Below, piece after piece: positions 38,863 through 52,408 of a stretch of DNA of 64,000 bases. A program made the position numbers and the translations under genes. Each line of letters opens with the position of its first letter. The first letter of the stretch is position 1. The DNA comes from Octopus vulgaris (Eukaryota): positions 37,634,001 to 37,698,000 of the forward strand of contig OX597833.1 in the NCBI GenBank assembly GCA_951406725.2. The letters are read 5' to 3'. The notes under the pieces were generated by a model. That model saw only the letters and a list, made by a program, of their open reading frames with translations, had not been told where the DNA came from and made no database searches.

Positions 38863-41095
38863 CTGGAAGAGATTAAAGTCAAAGTAAAGAAATCGGTACA
38901 ATAGAGCATTGGTAAGTTATAATGAAATTCGATCTTTTGACCAATACATGACTAATAAGTTATTAGTCATGTATTGGTCAAAAGATCAAATGTTATTAGT
39001 GATAACATTACACACAAAAACACACACACACAATGAAGGGAAAAATAAGAACTGAGCCTATGATTTCTGTTTATTTACTCATAATCTACACTGAATTGGT
39101 TGGTATTTCAGTAACTACTGTCAGGTCGAGAACAAACATGGCCCAATGGTTAGGGTATTCAGCTCATGATCGTAAAATCTTGAGTTCAATATCCAGTGGC
39201 ATGTTGTATTCTTGAGCAAGGCACTTTATTTTATATTGCTCCAGTCCATTCAGCTGGCAAACAAAAGTTGTACCAGTAATTCAAAGAGCCAATCTTGTCA
39301 CATTTTGTTCTGCTGAATCTTCCGGAGAACTACATTAATGGAATGCATGTCTGTGGAGTGCTCAGCCACTTGCACGTTAATTTCACAAGCAGGCTGTTCT
39401 GGAACTCTCATCATCATAAACAACAGTGTGCTAGTTATTGTCAGGCCATTGAACTTGTACCATTATTATAAATAAGTTATGATGAATAGGAAAAGTTGCT
39501 CATACTTTAAAGAGCTTTGTTAAATTAATAGTGCTGATTAATAAAAGAAAACGAAAACAAGAACACAGGCACAACAAGGGCAATAAAAGATATACATAGG
39601 AAACAAGACAGGCTGAAATATTAAAAATTTTGGTTGTTAACTGAATATTGATTAGAATAACCAACAACTTTTATAGACCATTCAATATTAATATATATAG
39701 GCGCAAGAGTGGCTGTGTGGTAAGTAGCTTGCTAACCAACCACATGGTTCCGGGTTCAGTCCCACTGCGTGGCATCTTGGGCAAGTGTCTTCTGCTATAG
39801 CCCCGGGCCGACCAATGCCTTGTGAGTGTATTTGGTAGAGGGAAACTGAAAGAAGTCTGTCGTATATATGTATATATACGTATGTGTGTGTTTGTCCTCC
39901 TAGCATTGCTTGACAACCGATGCTGGTGTGTTTACATCCCCGTCACTTAGCGGTTCGGCAAAAGAGACCAATAGAATAAGTACTGGGCTTACAAAGAATA
40001 AGTCCCGGGGTCGATTTGCTCGACTAAAGGCGGTGCTCCAGCATGGCCGCAGTCAAATGACTGAAACAAGTAAAAGAGTAAAAGAGTATCTATACACACA
40101 CACACACACACATAAATATTTATATATAGTGATTAAATTATTTTGTTACAATCTGTAATATGTTTCAATCATACATCATTGACAAACATTCAACAATGTC
40201 CAAAGATGAAACATATTGAATTGCAGTTTGTAACAGAATTATTATACAAATAAACAAATACTAATTCTTGACATATATGTCTTGAGTCATTTGAGTTCTT
40301 GACATTGGCTAACCCCAGTCACAGACAATAGATGAGGCTTCTGTAATTTCTTGCTCAACAAATGATTTGTTTATAGTGATCAAAAGTTTGTGCAGTACAT
40401 TAGTTCACAGCTGCCATCAAATTCACATTGTCTGTACAGGTGTATGGTGTGCCACATGTCAGATGTCATAGTGATTGCAGAGCAAAGTGAAATGAAGTGT
40501 TTTGCTCAAGAACACAATGCAATGCTTGATCTGGAAATCAAAATCATTGTTTTATGATTATGAATTCAATACTTAATTACGAGACCAAGCAGCTTCACAA
40601 ATAGATATGTATGTATGTATGAATGTATGTATGGATGTATGTTTGTATGTATGTATGTATATAAGTATGTTATGTTGCTGATGTCATAAGAATCTTATAA
40701 ACTCTTGAGAGAAGGAAGAAGTTTTTTTGAAACATTGGATCTTGAAGCTCATCACTTAAAGCTATGAATAATAGCATGTAAATATTAGGTTGAAAAACCT
40801 TTTTGGATAGAAATGTTGACTCTTTCTATCCAAAAGGGAGTTTTTTCAACTGAATATCTACATGCTATTATTTATAGCTTTAAGTGATGTACTTCAAGAT
40901 CCAATGTTCAAAGCAAAAAGGAAGAAAAAAAAGAATTAATACATAAGTATGAATGAATGCTTGTATGCACGTATCATCATCATCATAGTCTTTGTCTATT
41001 AAATCACTGCTTGACTCAATCCTAGTCTATTAGGCCTACATCTTTAGATCTTCCACCCCTGTCGCCCTTGTTCTTTGTTTCCTTTGTTTCTCCTC

Positions 41096-41537
41096 TTGGT
41101 TCTTGGTCTCAAGAATTTGTCTTATGAAGAAAGGCTGAAGACGCTCAACCTTTATTCTCTAGAAATACAATGACGCCGTGGTGATCTCATTCTTGCTCAC
41201 AACATCATAAGTGGAAAGTGTAACCTCTCAAAAGAGCTGTTCTTCACTCCTGCTCCAGAGCATCGGCTGCGGGGTCACTCCGAAAAGCTCTATCTGCGAC
41301 GATTTCATCTCAATCGAAGAAGAGGGGCTTTCTCCGTCCGGGTTGTTGATCCATGGAATAAGCTGCCAGACGAGATGGTGAAGATGCCGACGACCGCTCG
41401 GTTCAAAGTCTCCCTTGACCACAAGTGGCCTGGACTCTTTACATGAACACCACCCTGTACATAACTCCATGTCCCCCTACATAGCCTTGCTTTTTGCTTT
41501 TTGAGCCAAAAATTAACTAACTAACTAACTAACTAAC
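41096..41537 (+). mobile_element. Second copy of the CR1-type LINE 3' end
   Basis: Highly similar to 18496-18935, with a (CTAA)n tail. Confidence 0.88.
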
Positions 41538-42262
41538 TTCTACAAATTCATTCTATCACACACACACATTCTTTCACTCAAAACTCAGACACCATCAGCT
41601 AGCCATCAACACTAATGCACTCATCTCTCTAACATATATAAATTGATACTTTCAATATCTAGTCATCACATGCTCTGCTCCTTTGTGACATTTTTCTTCA
41701 TACTGGTGAACATTAATCATCCAGTGACTTTGATTAACTCAATTCTTCTCATCTTTCACAAATCTTCCACATTCAAGGTCCATGTCTCACCACTATGCAA
41801 ACATCAGATGCTTTACACCACATACTTCCCCATAATTATTTGTTGTTTGCACAGAGAATAAGAAACTTCCGTACCAACAGAGATGAGAGAACAGTCAAGG
41901 ACACGTAGTTCTGGCTCAATCACCATCATCAGCATGATAATTAAGGTTGGACAATTATATAAGCATACCTGGGGCTAAACTATATATTTCTTTGCTGCCC
42001 ACAAGGGGCTAAACATAGAGGGGACAAACAAGTACAGACAAACGGATTAAGTCGATTACATCGACCCCAGTGCGAAACTGGTACTTTATTTATCGACCCT
42101 GAAAGGATGAAAGGCAAAGTCAACCTCGGCGGAATTTGAACTCAGAATGTAACGGCAGACGAAAAACAGCTACGCATTTCGCCCGGTGTGCTAATGTTTC
42201 TGCCAGCTCACCGCCCTAAACTATGGGGCTAAACTATAACAACATTCAACAAAATAACTGAC

Positions 42263-42392
42263 CTTTCTGATGTTGTAGAAATCACGGTGGGGCACTTCTT
42301 TCTGGGCAGCTGATTCCTTTATCTCATTCAACAAAACATGTAACTGGTACTTGTATGATAGATAACTCAGGCGCTGGTAAGAGAATGATTTC
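42263..42392 (-). CDS. AMPD2: AMP deaminase 2-like exon ([23 protein letters not shown]...[11 protein letters not shown])
   Basis: Conserved [10 protein letters not shown] motif. acag acceptor, gtcagt donor, 130 nt. Confidence 0.96.
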
Positions 42393-43794
42393 CTGTAACA
42401 ACAATTAACATCAGTTAACATCAAGAAGAATATATAAAGAACAATCTTATTCATTTGTGGTTCTTCAACCATCATCATCGTCATGTTTAAATATATGTAA
42501 AGTATGTCTAACCCTTTAGCATTTAAACTGGCAATATCAGGCCCAAATATTGTACCTGTTTTATGTTCCAAATGACTAGATCTGGCCTTTCACACCTACT
42601 CTACAATGTCATTCGAAAAATAAACAGTCACATTATTAAAATGTCAAAGCTACAAGATAAAGCATGATTAATTCAAAGCAATGTGAATAGATATGTATTA
42701 CATTTGACAGCATAGTCTGAATGTTGAAGTCCTAAACAAAATTCTAATCCTATTTTTCTCACTATTTGTCAAATCAAACATTTTTAATGTTTTACTTTCT
42801 TTTATTTATATATGCATTTATTTATTTATTTGTAACATTTTATTTGTACTCTAAGTACCAGCGTGGATTCTAGGTGCTAGTGTAGTTAAAGAGTTTGTTT
42901 AGCAATTCCATGGTTCTGAGTTCCATCCCATAGTGAAGCAGTGGGATGGAACTCAGTGCTGGGTATGGGGGTATGATTACCTACTATGTATATTTTCTAT
43001 TTAGTACATCCCCAGTACTAAATAGGAAATATATGTAGAAGGTAATTATACCACCATACCCCTAGTTTATATTTATATACATGTAGAATAGTTAGTGGGC
43101 AGTTATGTAGATGTATGTATGTGTTCATGTGAGTGTGTGTGTGTATGTGTGTGTGTGTGTGTGCGCGTGCATGCACATATATGTATATGCAATGTATATA
43201 GGTAAATGGATATGAATGTAAGCAGATAGACACACAGATTGATAGATACATAGGTAATATGAACAGACAAGCACACATACACACACACATATGGAAATGA
43301 AGACTGAAACACATAACCATATACACACACACTTCACCTCACACAAGGACACATATGGAGACACACATCCATATATACAGACACAGTACAGGAGTGGCTG
43401 TGTGGTAAGTAGCTTGTTTACCAACCACATGGTTCCGGGTTCAGTCCCACTGCGTGACACCTTGGGCAAGTGTCTTCTACTATAATCTTGGGCCGACCAA
43501 AGCCTTGTGAGTGGATTTGGTAGACGGAAACTGAAAGAAGCCCATCATATATATGTATATATATATGTTTGTGTGTCTGTGTTTGTCCCTCTAGCATTGC
43601 TTGACAACCGATGCTGGTGTATTTATGTCCCCGTCACTTTGCGGTTCGGCAAAAAGAGACCAATAGAATAAGTACTGGGCTTACAAAGAATAAGTCCCGG
43701 GGTCGAGTTGCTCGATTAAAGGTGGTGCTCCAGCATGGCCGCAGTCAAATGACTGAAACAAGTAAAAGAGTAGTACATAGTCTCCAAAAAAACC

Positions 43795-43829
<35 letters not shown>

Positions 43830-43980
43830 GCATGCACACACAAGGAGACAGAGGTACACAGACTCACACATGCAAACACACATAAAAAACCCACAAACAG
43901 AAAACACAAACACACAAACACATGAATATGAGGAATACATACAAACATATGCACATACATATATACATATGCACATACAC

Positions 43981-44011
<31 letters not shown>

Positions 44012-44127
44012 TACACACTTACATGCATGCATGCATACATACATACATACATACATACATACATACATACATGTGAATGCGCACACACATAGACCCACAC
44101 ACAACCACACAAACAAACAAAAAACGC

Positions 44128-44353
44128 AGCTTGGATAATGGATAGAGTCAATGACTATTGAAAAGGTCGCAAGATGCAACGAAAATTTTAGAAAAAATAA
44201 ATAAGTAAACAAGTGGATATTTTACCAGTGAGTTTGTTAAATTATAAGGCACTAAAAGAGAATGACTCTCCCCAGACACAACAATCATCATCATCATCAT
44301 CATCGTTTAGAAAAAATAAATAAGTAAGCAAGTGGAAATTTTACCAGTAAACA

Positions 44354-44396
<43 letters not shown>

Positions 44397-44576
44397 CCAC
44401 TTGTTTACTTATTTATATATTGTTGTGTCTGGGGAGAATCATTCTCTTTTAGTGCCTTATAATTTAACAAACTCACTGGTAAAATATCCACTTGTTTACA
44501 TATTTATTTTTTCTAAAATTTTCGTTGCATCTTGCGACCTTTTCAATAGTCATTGACTCTATCCATTATCCAAGCT
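44128..44576. repeat. Inverted repeat with ~158-bp arms (44128-44285 / 44419-44576)
   Basis: The arms are near-exact reverse complements. The spacer holds further partial copies around a (TA)n tract. Confidence 0.9.
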
Positions 44577-44789
44577 CAGATCATATTATTCAGATTATTA
44601 GCGCTTTCTCCCATTCCAGTGATTTGAAAACCCCACTGGAATGGGAGAAAGCGCTAATAATCTGAATGATATGATCTGAATGATATATATATATATGTAA
44701 AAAATGTAATATATAAATAAATATCTATAAACATGAACCATCCGATCTTCTGATTACCTCATTTCTTCTAATATATATATATATGTATG

Positions 44790-44830
<41 letters not shown>

Positions 44831-45147
44831 GATTGAAACCTGGTGCAGCCTCAAGACTTGCCAGTTCTCAATCAGATTGTCCAACCCATGCCAGCATGGA
44901 AAGCGGACATTAAACGACGACGACGATGATGATGATGATGATGATGATATATATATATAATGGGCTTCTTTCACTTCTCTATCTCCCAGATACCCTTACA
45001 AGGCTACTTAGTTGGCCCAGGGCTGTAGTAGAAGATACTTGCCCAAGATGCCATGCAGTGGGACTGAACCCAGAACCATGTGGTTGGTAAGCAAGCTACT
45101 TACCACACATCCATGCCTGCACGTATATAGATGAAAAGGAAACTTAC

Positions 45148-45367
45148 AATGGTCCATCACTGATAAGTGTATACATGATATTCTGATCATTTAGGAAAGT
45201 GGCACAGTCTGGGTATGTCCAATCAAATGGCTTGTCTTGATCCATGGATGCTTTATCGAGGTACACTTTCATCACACCATTCACCATTTTGAACTCACAA
45301 TTCACACTATTTGGCAGTATACAATCAAATGGATCTCCGTCAGTTCTCGGTGCATCAATCGGGTGAT
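45148..45367 (-). CDS. AMPD2: AMP deaminase 2-like exon (DHPIDAP...KMVNGVMKVY...YPDCATFLNDQNIMYTLISDGPL)
   Basis: tttgcag acceptor, gtaagt donor, 220 nt, phase 1 to 2. Aligns with AMPD2 'MVRGVVHVY...YPDLQEF...NGPI'. Confidence 0.92.
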
Positions 45368-47889
45368 CTGCAAAACAAACAAAAACAATAGTTCTCTCAC
45401 ATATACATTATATTGTGTGTGTGTGTATGTGTGTGCATGTGCACACGTGCGCCGTGCGTGTGCGTATATATATATGTGTATCTTGCTGGTATTTCATTCA
45501 TTGCTAACATATTTGTTTTTCATATGGTATGTATTACACATGTATACTCACTGGTTACCATTACTGATTTCCACACTATGCACCTTCACTAAATTATCTC
45601 CACCATTCCCAGAGATATCTGCTATAAATGGCTTCCTCTGTTCATTACTAAAGACGCTCACCACAGAAACATATTCAGACCAAAACAACTCTGTCAAGAA
45701 TGGAGCAGTGTATTACCTGCACAACAACCCCCACTTTATGACTACTGCACTAAATTACATTCCAACTAGTGAGAAAAAAATCCAATCAAAGATAAACATA
45801 CATTATTTAACCCTTTTGTTACTATATTTCTCTTAATATACACTACTTTTGTTCTAATTGATTTTGAAACTAATGAATAATTTAGTGAAATAATTATATC
45901 ATTATTAAACTAGTGTTTTGAAATTAAATTAATATAAAAGCTTGATGAAAGGTTTTAATTTAGCTCGTTTTAATTTAGTTTACATCACAAAACCAAACAC
46001 ATTTTTAACCAGGTTGGTTAAGGTGTTGCTATAATTTCAATTACTCAAATGACTATATTTCATACAGTTTTTTTCTATTCTTTTAGCTAATAAACATTTT
46101 CTTCAGGTTGGTTTTTCTTTCTGACTTCAATGGCAGTCTGTCAACCTGCTAGCAGCGAAATTCCCTAAAATCTTGCTCTACCTTTTTAGAAATGGGAAGT
46201 CACAACCTTTCCTTCCTGTAGTATCTATTTCACAATCCAATAAAAACTGTTATAATTAGTAAAATTAGGTGAACATTTTCAATGCAGGGAACATTAAAAA
46301 GGTTAACTAGAAGTAAAATACACAAGGAGAAAAAAAGGACAATAATAGTTAATTGCTGGAATTATTTTCAATTTTTTGCATGTACATAAGACAACTCCAT
46401 ACACATTTTGGTCTTATTCTGACCTCATCAATAAATCATAACCTTTATAACACTAGCAAATTATTGATTGGACAATTGCTAAATAAATGTACAAAATTAT
46501 ATATATGTGTATAGGTTAGTGGATGATGGCATCTTTGAATCTGATATTATTACACAAGCCAAACTAAATTTCATCAAAACAGTCAACAAAAAGACAATTG
46601 ATTAAGGTTTTTGACAGTGTCATAGAACTCCAATTTTACATTACCCTCAACGCCCTTCATGCACTGGCGATTGTTAGGGGTTGTATCTGATGCTGAAAGT
46701 TTATTTGATTATTTTTAATATTAATTATTCAATTTACATTGAAAACAAAAAATATTATTGGTGTTGTTATACAAGTAACGATAACAATGCCTAGTAAGAT
46801 GTTAAAAACAATGATGGTTATAATAAGAATTTAGCACACACACACACACACCTATTTATATACTATTGATGGTCATAAACAAGTATAACTGGAATATTTT
46901 TGAGGATGATGATAATGATAATGAAACTTTCTTAATTATCTTACTTGTACACACACCATATATTTATGTGATTAACAGAAATGAGTATTTGAATGATGGC
47001 AATAAATCAGGTAGTAGAAGGATTTGTTTATATGCATGCCTCTTCAATGCTTGGTATCGCAGTGAAAAAAGAGAGGTTATTCTGAATCACATAGTTTTCA
47101 TTCCTGAAAATCTTAACACTTTTTTTTTTTTGTTATAGTTACAAGATACTCGTCAAAGAGTGAGAGAGGGAAAAAAGTCAACTTACTTGCCCACATTACA
47201 TTACTGATAGGAGACTCACTTATGTGATATAAGTAGAAAAATTTCAGTTATCCCATGCAATTAGTAGAATTAAAAAGAAATTCATCTAAGGGGGTGATAA
47301 GAAACTAGAAAAAAAATCAAGGGAGGTAATTCCAGTAAACCTACTAATTCTACAATTTGGGTGTAATAAAGACAACACAGATGAGTGTGGATGTCATTTT
47401 TTAATATTTTATATTCCCAATGGAATGAAAGACAAAAGCAGCCTTCGTGAGAATGAAACTAGTCTTCAAAACAATAAATAGCTATTGTGAAGTAACCAAA
47501 TACTATCGTCTACACCATTCCACAATAATATCTACAAGAGCCAAGAAAGGCACCTTAGATTGTCATTGAAACTGTTAGAACATAGCAACCAAATATCCTT
47601 CAAATTACACCCTATCATTAAAAAAGAAAAAATAGGACACATCAGATCATTTAGTCCTAGGTATATACTACATCTGAGAAGAAAAATGGACAGTCATGAA
47701 TGGGAAGTCTTTCAACATTGATAGATCCCCTCAATTAGAGGTGATCTGGGGGTTAAATAAAGTCAAAGTTAAGTGATTTACTTGTACTTAATGCAGTATA
47801 AATAATAAAGCATCGACTATTGACCAAATTTCACACTTTATCCATTCAGTCACTCCACCTCTAAGCACTAATTATAGCCACTCACAAAC

Positions 47890-48786
47890 AAACCATTAGA
47901 ATCTGATAAAGGCAACAATCAACAGAGAGCAAATGTAGAATCTGCAGGAAAGGAGATGAAAATATCAACCACCTCTTAAGTGAATGCAGTAATCTAGCAC
48001 AAAAGAGTATAAGCACAGGCCTGAGAGTGTAGGTAAAATAGTGCATTGGGATGTGTGCAGCTTTGAAATGACAGGAAAGTGATGTGAACATGAACTAGAC
48101 ACTGTGATAAAGAATAAGAAACCTGATATGATAATAGAGGACAAAATGAATAAACAGCATAAGAGCATAGACTTTGTAATATCATATGGCAACAGAGTGG
48201 ATGCCAAAGAAATTGAGAAAAATTGGGAAATATCAGAACACAGCCAGAGAAATTAAAAGAATTTGGAAGACTAAAACAACAATTATTCCTGTGGTAATTG
48301 GTGCACTTAGCATAACACCCAAACTGCTACCTAAAAGATAGAAAGATACTGAAACTGAGACTTGTATTATTGACCTGCAGAAAAGTGCAATCCTGTATTC
48401 TGCAGAATCCTAAGAAAGATACTTGAAACTTAAAGAGACTTGTTGTCACCAAACCTCAAAATAAAATATCTGCTAATTAAATTAGCAGGTAATAGTTTTG
48501 GAATAACAATAATAATAATAATAATAGTTTTTTCTGCTATAGGCACAACGCCTGAAATTGCGGGGAAGGGCACTAGTCAATGTAATCGACTCCAATATGT
48601 AACTGGTACTTATTTTATCAACCAGGAATGGTTGAAAGGCAAATCCAACTTCGGCAGAATTTGAACTCAAAGTAAAGACAGATAAAATGCTGCTAAGCAT
48701 TTTGGCTGGCATGCTAACAATTCAACCAGTTTGCCGCCTTAATGATGATCATGATCATGATCATCATGATCATGATGATCATGATA

Positions 48787-48821
<35 letters not shown>

Positions 48822-49270
48822 CATTCCATCCTTTGGAATTTCAGTGTTCAGACTGATTGGGAAATACAGGCGAACCGAGTAGATCTCATTGTGAAAAATC
48901 ATATTGTAAAGACTTGTCTTCGGATTGACATTGCATTCCCACCTGACTAAAACATGTCTCCGAAAACGTTTGAAGAACTGACCAAATATAAAGACTAGGA
49001 GATTGGAATCAGAAGAATGTGGAATCTCAAAACAACAACATTACTTATTATTATTGGGGCACTTAGAATGATATCAAAAGGAATAAACAAATATGTAGAC
49101 CAAATTCCTAGCAGCTCCAAACTAAGTGAAATTCAAAAGACTGTATTTATGAACACCTCACATGTTCTATGTAAATTCCACTTCATGTAAATGCAGTCTT
49201 GCTTTGTTCCAGTCAAAACGAACAGTTGGAGGTAGGTCGAACATTTAAAGAAAAAAGACAAATAAAATAT
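47890..49270 (+). mobile_element. Two degenerate R4/Dong-like 3' fragments (about 47890-48480 and 48820-49270) next to (TAA)n tracts
   Basis: Recognisable ILWNF.VQTD..I.ANR.D...IDIA.P and IPVVIGAL...LQKSA.L remnants. The second fragment starts directly after (AAT)n. Confidence 0.7.
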
Positions 49271-49980
49271 TTAAATGAAAGACAGATAGGGTGATTGAAA
49301 TGGAAATAAAGTGTTATTGTTAAATGAGGAAAAAATCATAATGGCATAATACATTGAAAAAACACCAGCAACAACATATCGATAACCAATCAGTTAACAT
49401 TTAATTCATTTCATAGTGAAATGGAACATATTTAGTGATTAAATTTTAGAAGTGTGAGTTGTATGCAATAAAGACAGGGAGACAACTTCTGTCAGACCAG
49501 AGTTGTAAGGTAGGGAAGTCTATGAAAGTTGTATGACTATGCTATATGTGAATGTATTGGAGTTAAAATACTATAAGTAGAGTTGTTACTGGATTGTAGA
49601 TGTAAATAAATGAAAGAATAAACTCAACAATAGATGGATGGAGAAGGACCATTCAACTAAAGAAGATTATTATATCATTTTATTCCCTTACAAGGTGTAA
49701 GGGAATAAATTTATGCGTAGTTATATGCGTGTATATGTATGTGTGTATACTCTTTTACTCTTTTACTTGTTTCAGTCACTTGACTGCGGCCATGCTGGAG
49801 CACCACCTTTAATCGAGCAACTCGACCCCAGGACTTATTCTTTTGTAAGCCCAGTACTTATTCTATCGGTCTCTTTTGCCATACCGCTAAGTAACGGGGA
49901 CATAAGCACACCAGCATCGGTTGTCAAGCAATGCTAGGGGGACAAACACAAACACACACACGCACATATATGTATATATA

Positions 49981-50363
49981 CTAGCAGTATCGCCCGGCGT
50001 TGCTCGGGTTTGTAAGGGAAATAATTATATAAGCATTTTTAGAGATGTAAAGTATAATAGCCATCTCAATATGGCTAACCACAAAGGGGGAGGGGTGTTA
50101 CTGTAGCTTTTTACGTTCTGAGATTTAATAATAAATTTTAGAGAGTTACTTCCCTTATATATGTTAAAAATGGGAAAAATTGATGGTAAATTTTTTTTTA
50201 ACTCGAGACTCATCGTAGACGCGCGCTAATACCCAGACGGTCTCGATATGAATCACGACTATAAGATACCCGGTTTTGGTTAAACTGCACCGCAAAATGT
50301 GGGAGTAGTTAGGAATCTAAATCGTAGGAGACAGACACACAACCTCACTTTTATATATAAAGA
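49981..50363 (-). mobile_element. Non-autonomous Helitron (family A)
   Basis: Same CTAG/hairpin 3' end and TC...TATAAAA 5' end as 1341-1974. Confidence 0.85.
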
Positions 50364-50525
50364 TTTCCTCTATTTACATAATATTGAGGTCTCTTTCTTT
50401 CTTTTGTTATCTTACTGTTTTTACCAATATACATATATATATATATATAAATATATATATAGTTACAGAGATGTACTTGCATAGCAAGTGACTTGATCTG
50501 AGATCGTGTGCTGGAACGAAAACAG

Positions 50526-50784
50526 TTGCAGCGTTGAAGGTGTTTATAAGCCATTTAAGAAACACACAAAAACCGTTAGATTCACTTCAACATTTAAATT
50601 TAATTTGTCAAAATATTTTCGTCGCTTTGAGACCGCGACCTGTTAGCACGATATTTTTGTCAGTGAACAGGTCGCGGTCTGAAAGTGACGAAAATATTTT
50701 GGCAAATTAAATTTAAATGTTGAAGTGAATGTAACGGTTTTTGTGTGTTTCTTAAATGGCTTACAAACACCTTCCACGCTGCAA
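50526..50784. repeat. Inverted repeat with ~119-bp arms (50526-50644 / 50666-50784)
   Basis: Direct comparison of the arms shows only a few mismatches. Confidence 0.9.
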
Positions 50785-51139
50785 TATATATATACACACA
50801 TATATATATATGTATGTATGTGTGTATATGTGTATGCATGTATGTTTGTGTGTGCGTGTCTGTGCTTGTGATTGTCCTCCACCACTGCTTGACAACGAAT
50901 GTTGGTTTGTTTACATCCCTGTCACCTAGTGGTTTGACAAAGGAAACAGATAGAATAAGTACAATGCTTACGAAAATAAAACTGGAGTTGATTCATTAAA
51001 CTACAATTCTTCAAGGCATTGCCCCAGCATGGCCACAGACCAATGGCTGGAAAAAGCAGAAGAATAAAAGAATACATTCTCTGCTTTGGTCTTATGTTCA
51101 AGGCATGAGAAAGCTTGAGTTTACATGAGAAGGCCTAAC

Positions 51140-51405
51140 AGACCTGGTAGAAACAGCAGCCAAATCTCCCTCAAATCACACCTTACTGTCTTATGTATGT
51201 ATATATATATGAGCCAATGAGGGGGACCTCTACATGGTAGCTAACCTGGTAGAAATAGCAGCCAAATTTCCCCCAAATCACACCTTACTGTCTTATCTAT
51301 GTATATATGTATGTATGAGCCTATGAGGGAGACCCCTACATGGCAGCTAGACATGGTAGAAATAGCAGCCAAATCTCCCTCAAATCACACCTTACTGTCT
51401 TATCT
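51140..51405. repeat. Three tandem ~105-bp copies of a repeat fragment
   Basis: GGTAGAAA(T/C)AGCAGCCAAAT..CCC.CAAATCACACCTTACTGTCTTAT occurs three times. Confidence 0.8.
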
Positions 51406-51898
51406 TTCTGCTACTTATATTCGTCGTAAAAAACTTTCCTGTCACACACTCACGCACATGCACACACACACACACGCACCCTCACACACACACACACGCT
51501 CGCACACACACACACACTCACACACACGCACGTTAGCTTACAATTTTATTTATATATTTGCGTGTCTATGCGTGGAAAGAGGAAGTGGGAGGCAGAGTGA
51601 AAGAATCACTCACTACAGTAAGTGAATTAGTTTCATTTTATTCGTTGCCCACTGTGTGTGTGCGTTTGCGTGTGGTGTAAAACCAGACTAAGAAAAGCAT
51701 TTGACACACACACCAGAATGTGAGTTTTCTGTAAATTTTGCTTAATTGGAGTTTAAATTTTAAAAACTGGACCTGGCATGACGCGATGCATTGTACTCTT
51801 AAAAATGCTAGGTAAATTGTAATTGAAGAAATCCTATATTGTAGATTTGTATAACTCCCAAAGGGAGGCAGATAAAATCTGCCTTTTATAATAAGAGA

Positions 51899-52292
51899 CT
51901 AGCAGTATCGCCCGGCGTTGCTCGGGTTTGTAAGGGAAATAACTATATAAGCATTTTTAGAGAGTTATAGCCAAAAAATAGGAAAAAAATGCATTAAAAA
52001 TTGAAAAAAAATTAAGGTAATTTTTTTTTTAAATCGTTGACACATCGTAGATATTTTTAGAGAGTTACTTCCCTTATATAATAACGAAAAATATGCATTA
52101 AAATGGAAAAATATGATGGTAAATTTTTTTTAAATCGTAGACTCATCGTAGACGCGCGCTAATACCCAGAAGGGCTCGATATGAATCACGACTATAAGAT
52201 ACCCGCTTTTGGTTAAACTGCACCGCAAAATGTGGGAGTAGTTACGAATCTAAATCGTAGGAGACAGACACACAACTTCACTCTTATATATA
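51899..52292 (-). mobile_element. Non-autonomous Helitron (family A)
   Basis: Same termini as 1341-1974. Its CTAG abuts the TC end of a family-B piece at 51898. Confidence 0.85.
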
Positions 52293-52408
52293 AATATATA
52301 AACCACGTAGTTATATACACATACTTTGTTATATACACATTCTTAAAAGAAAATGTTATTTTGAACACAACATTTACAAAGAATAAAATATTTTTTGGTT
52401 TTTCTTAA

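Noticed and set aside
45237-45836. 199-aa plus-strand ORF
   Set aside because: It is antisense to an AMPD exon and runs through a microsatellite; no recognisable domain.
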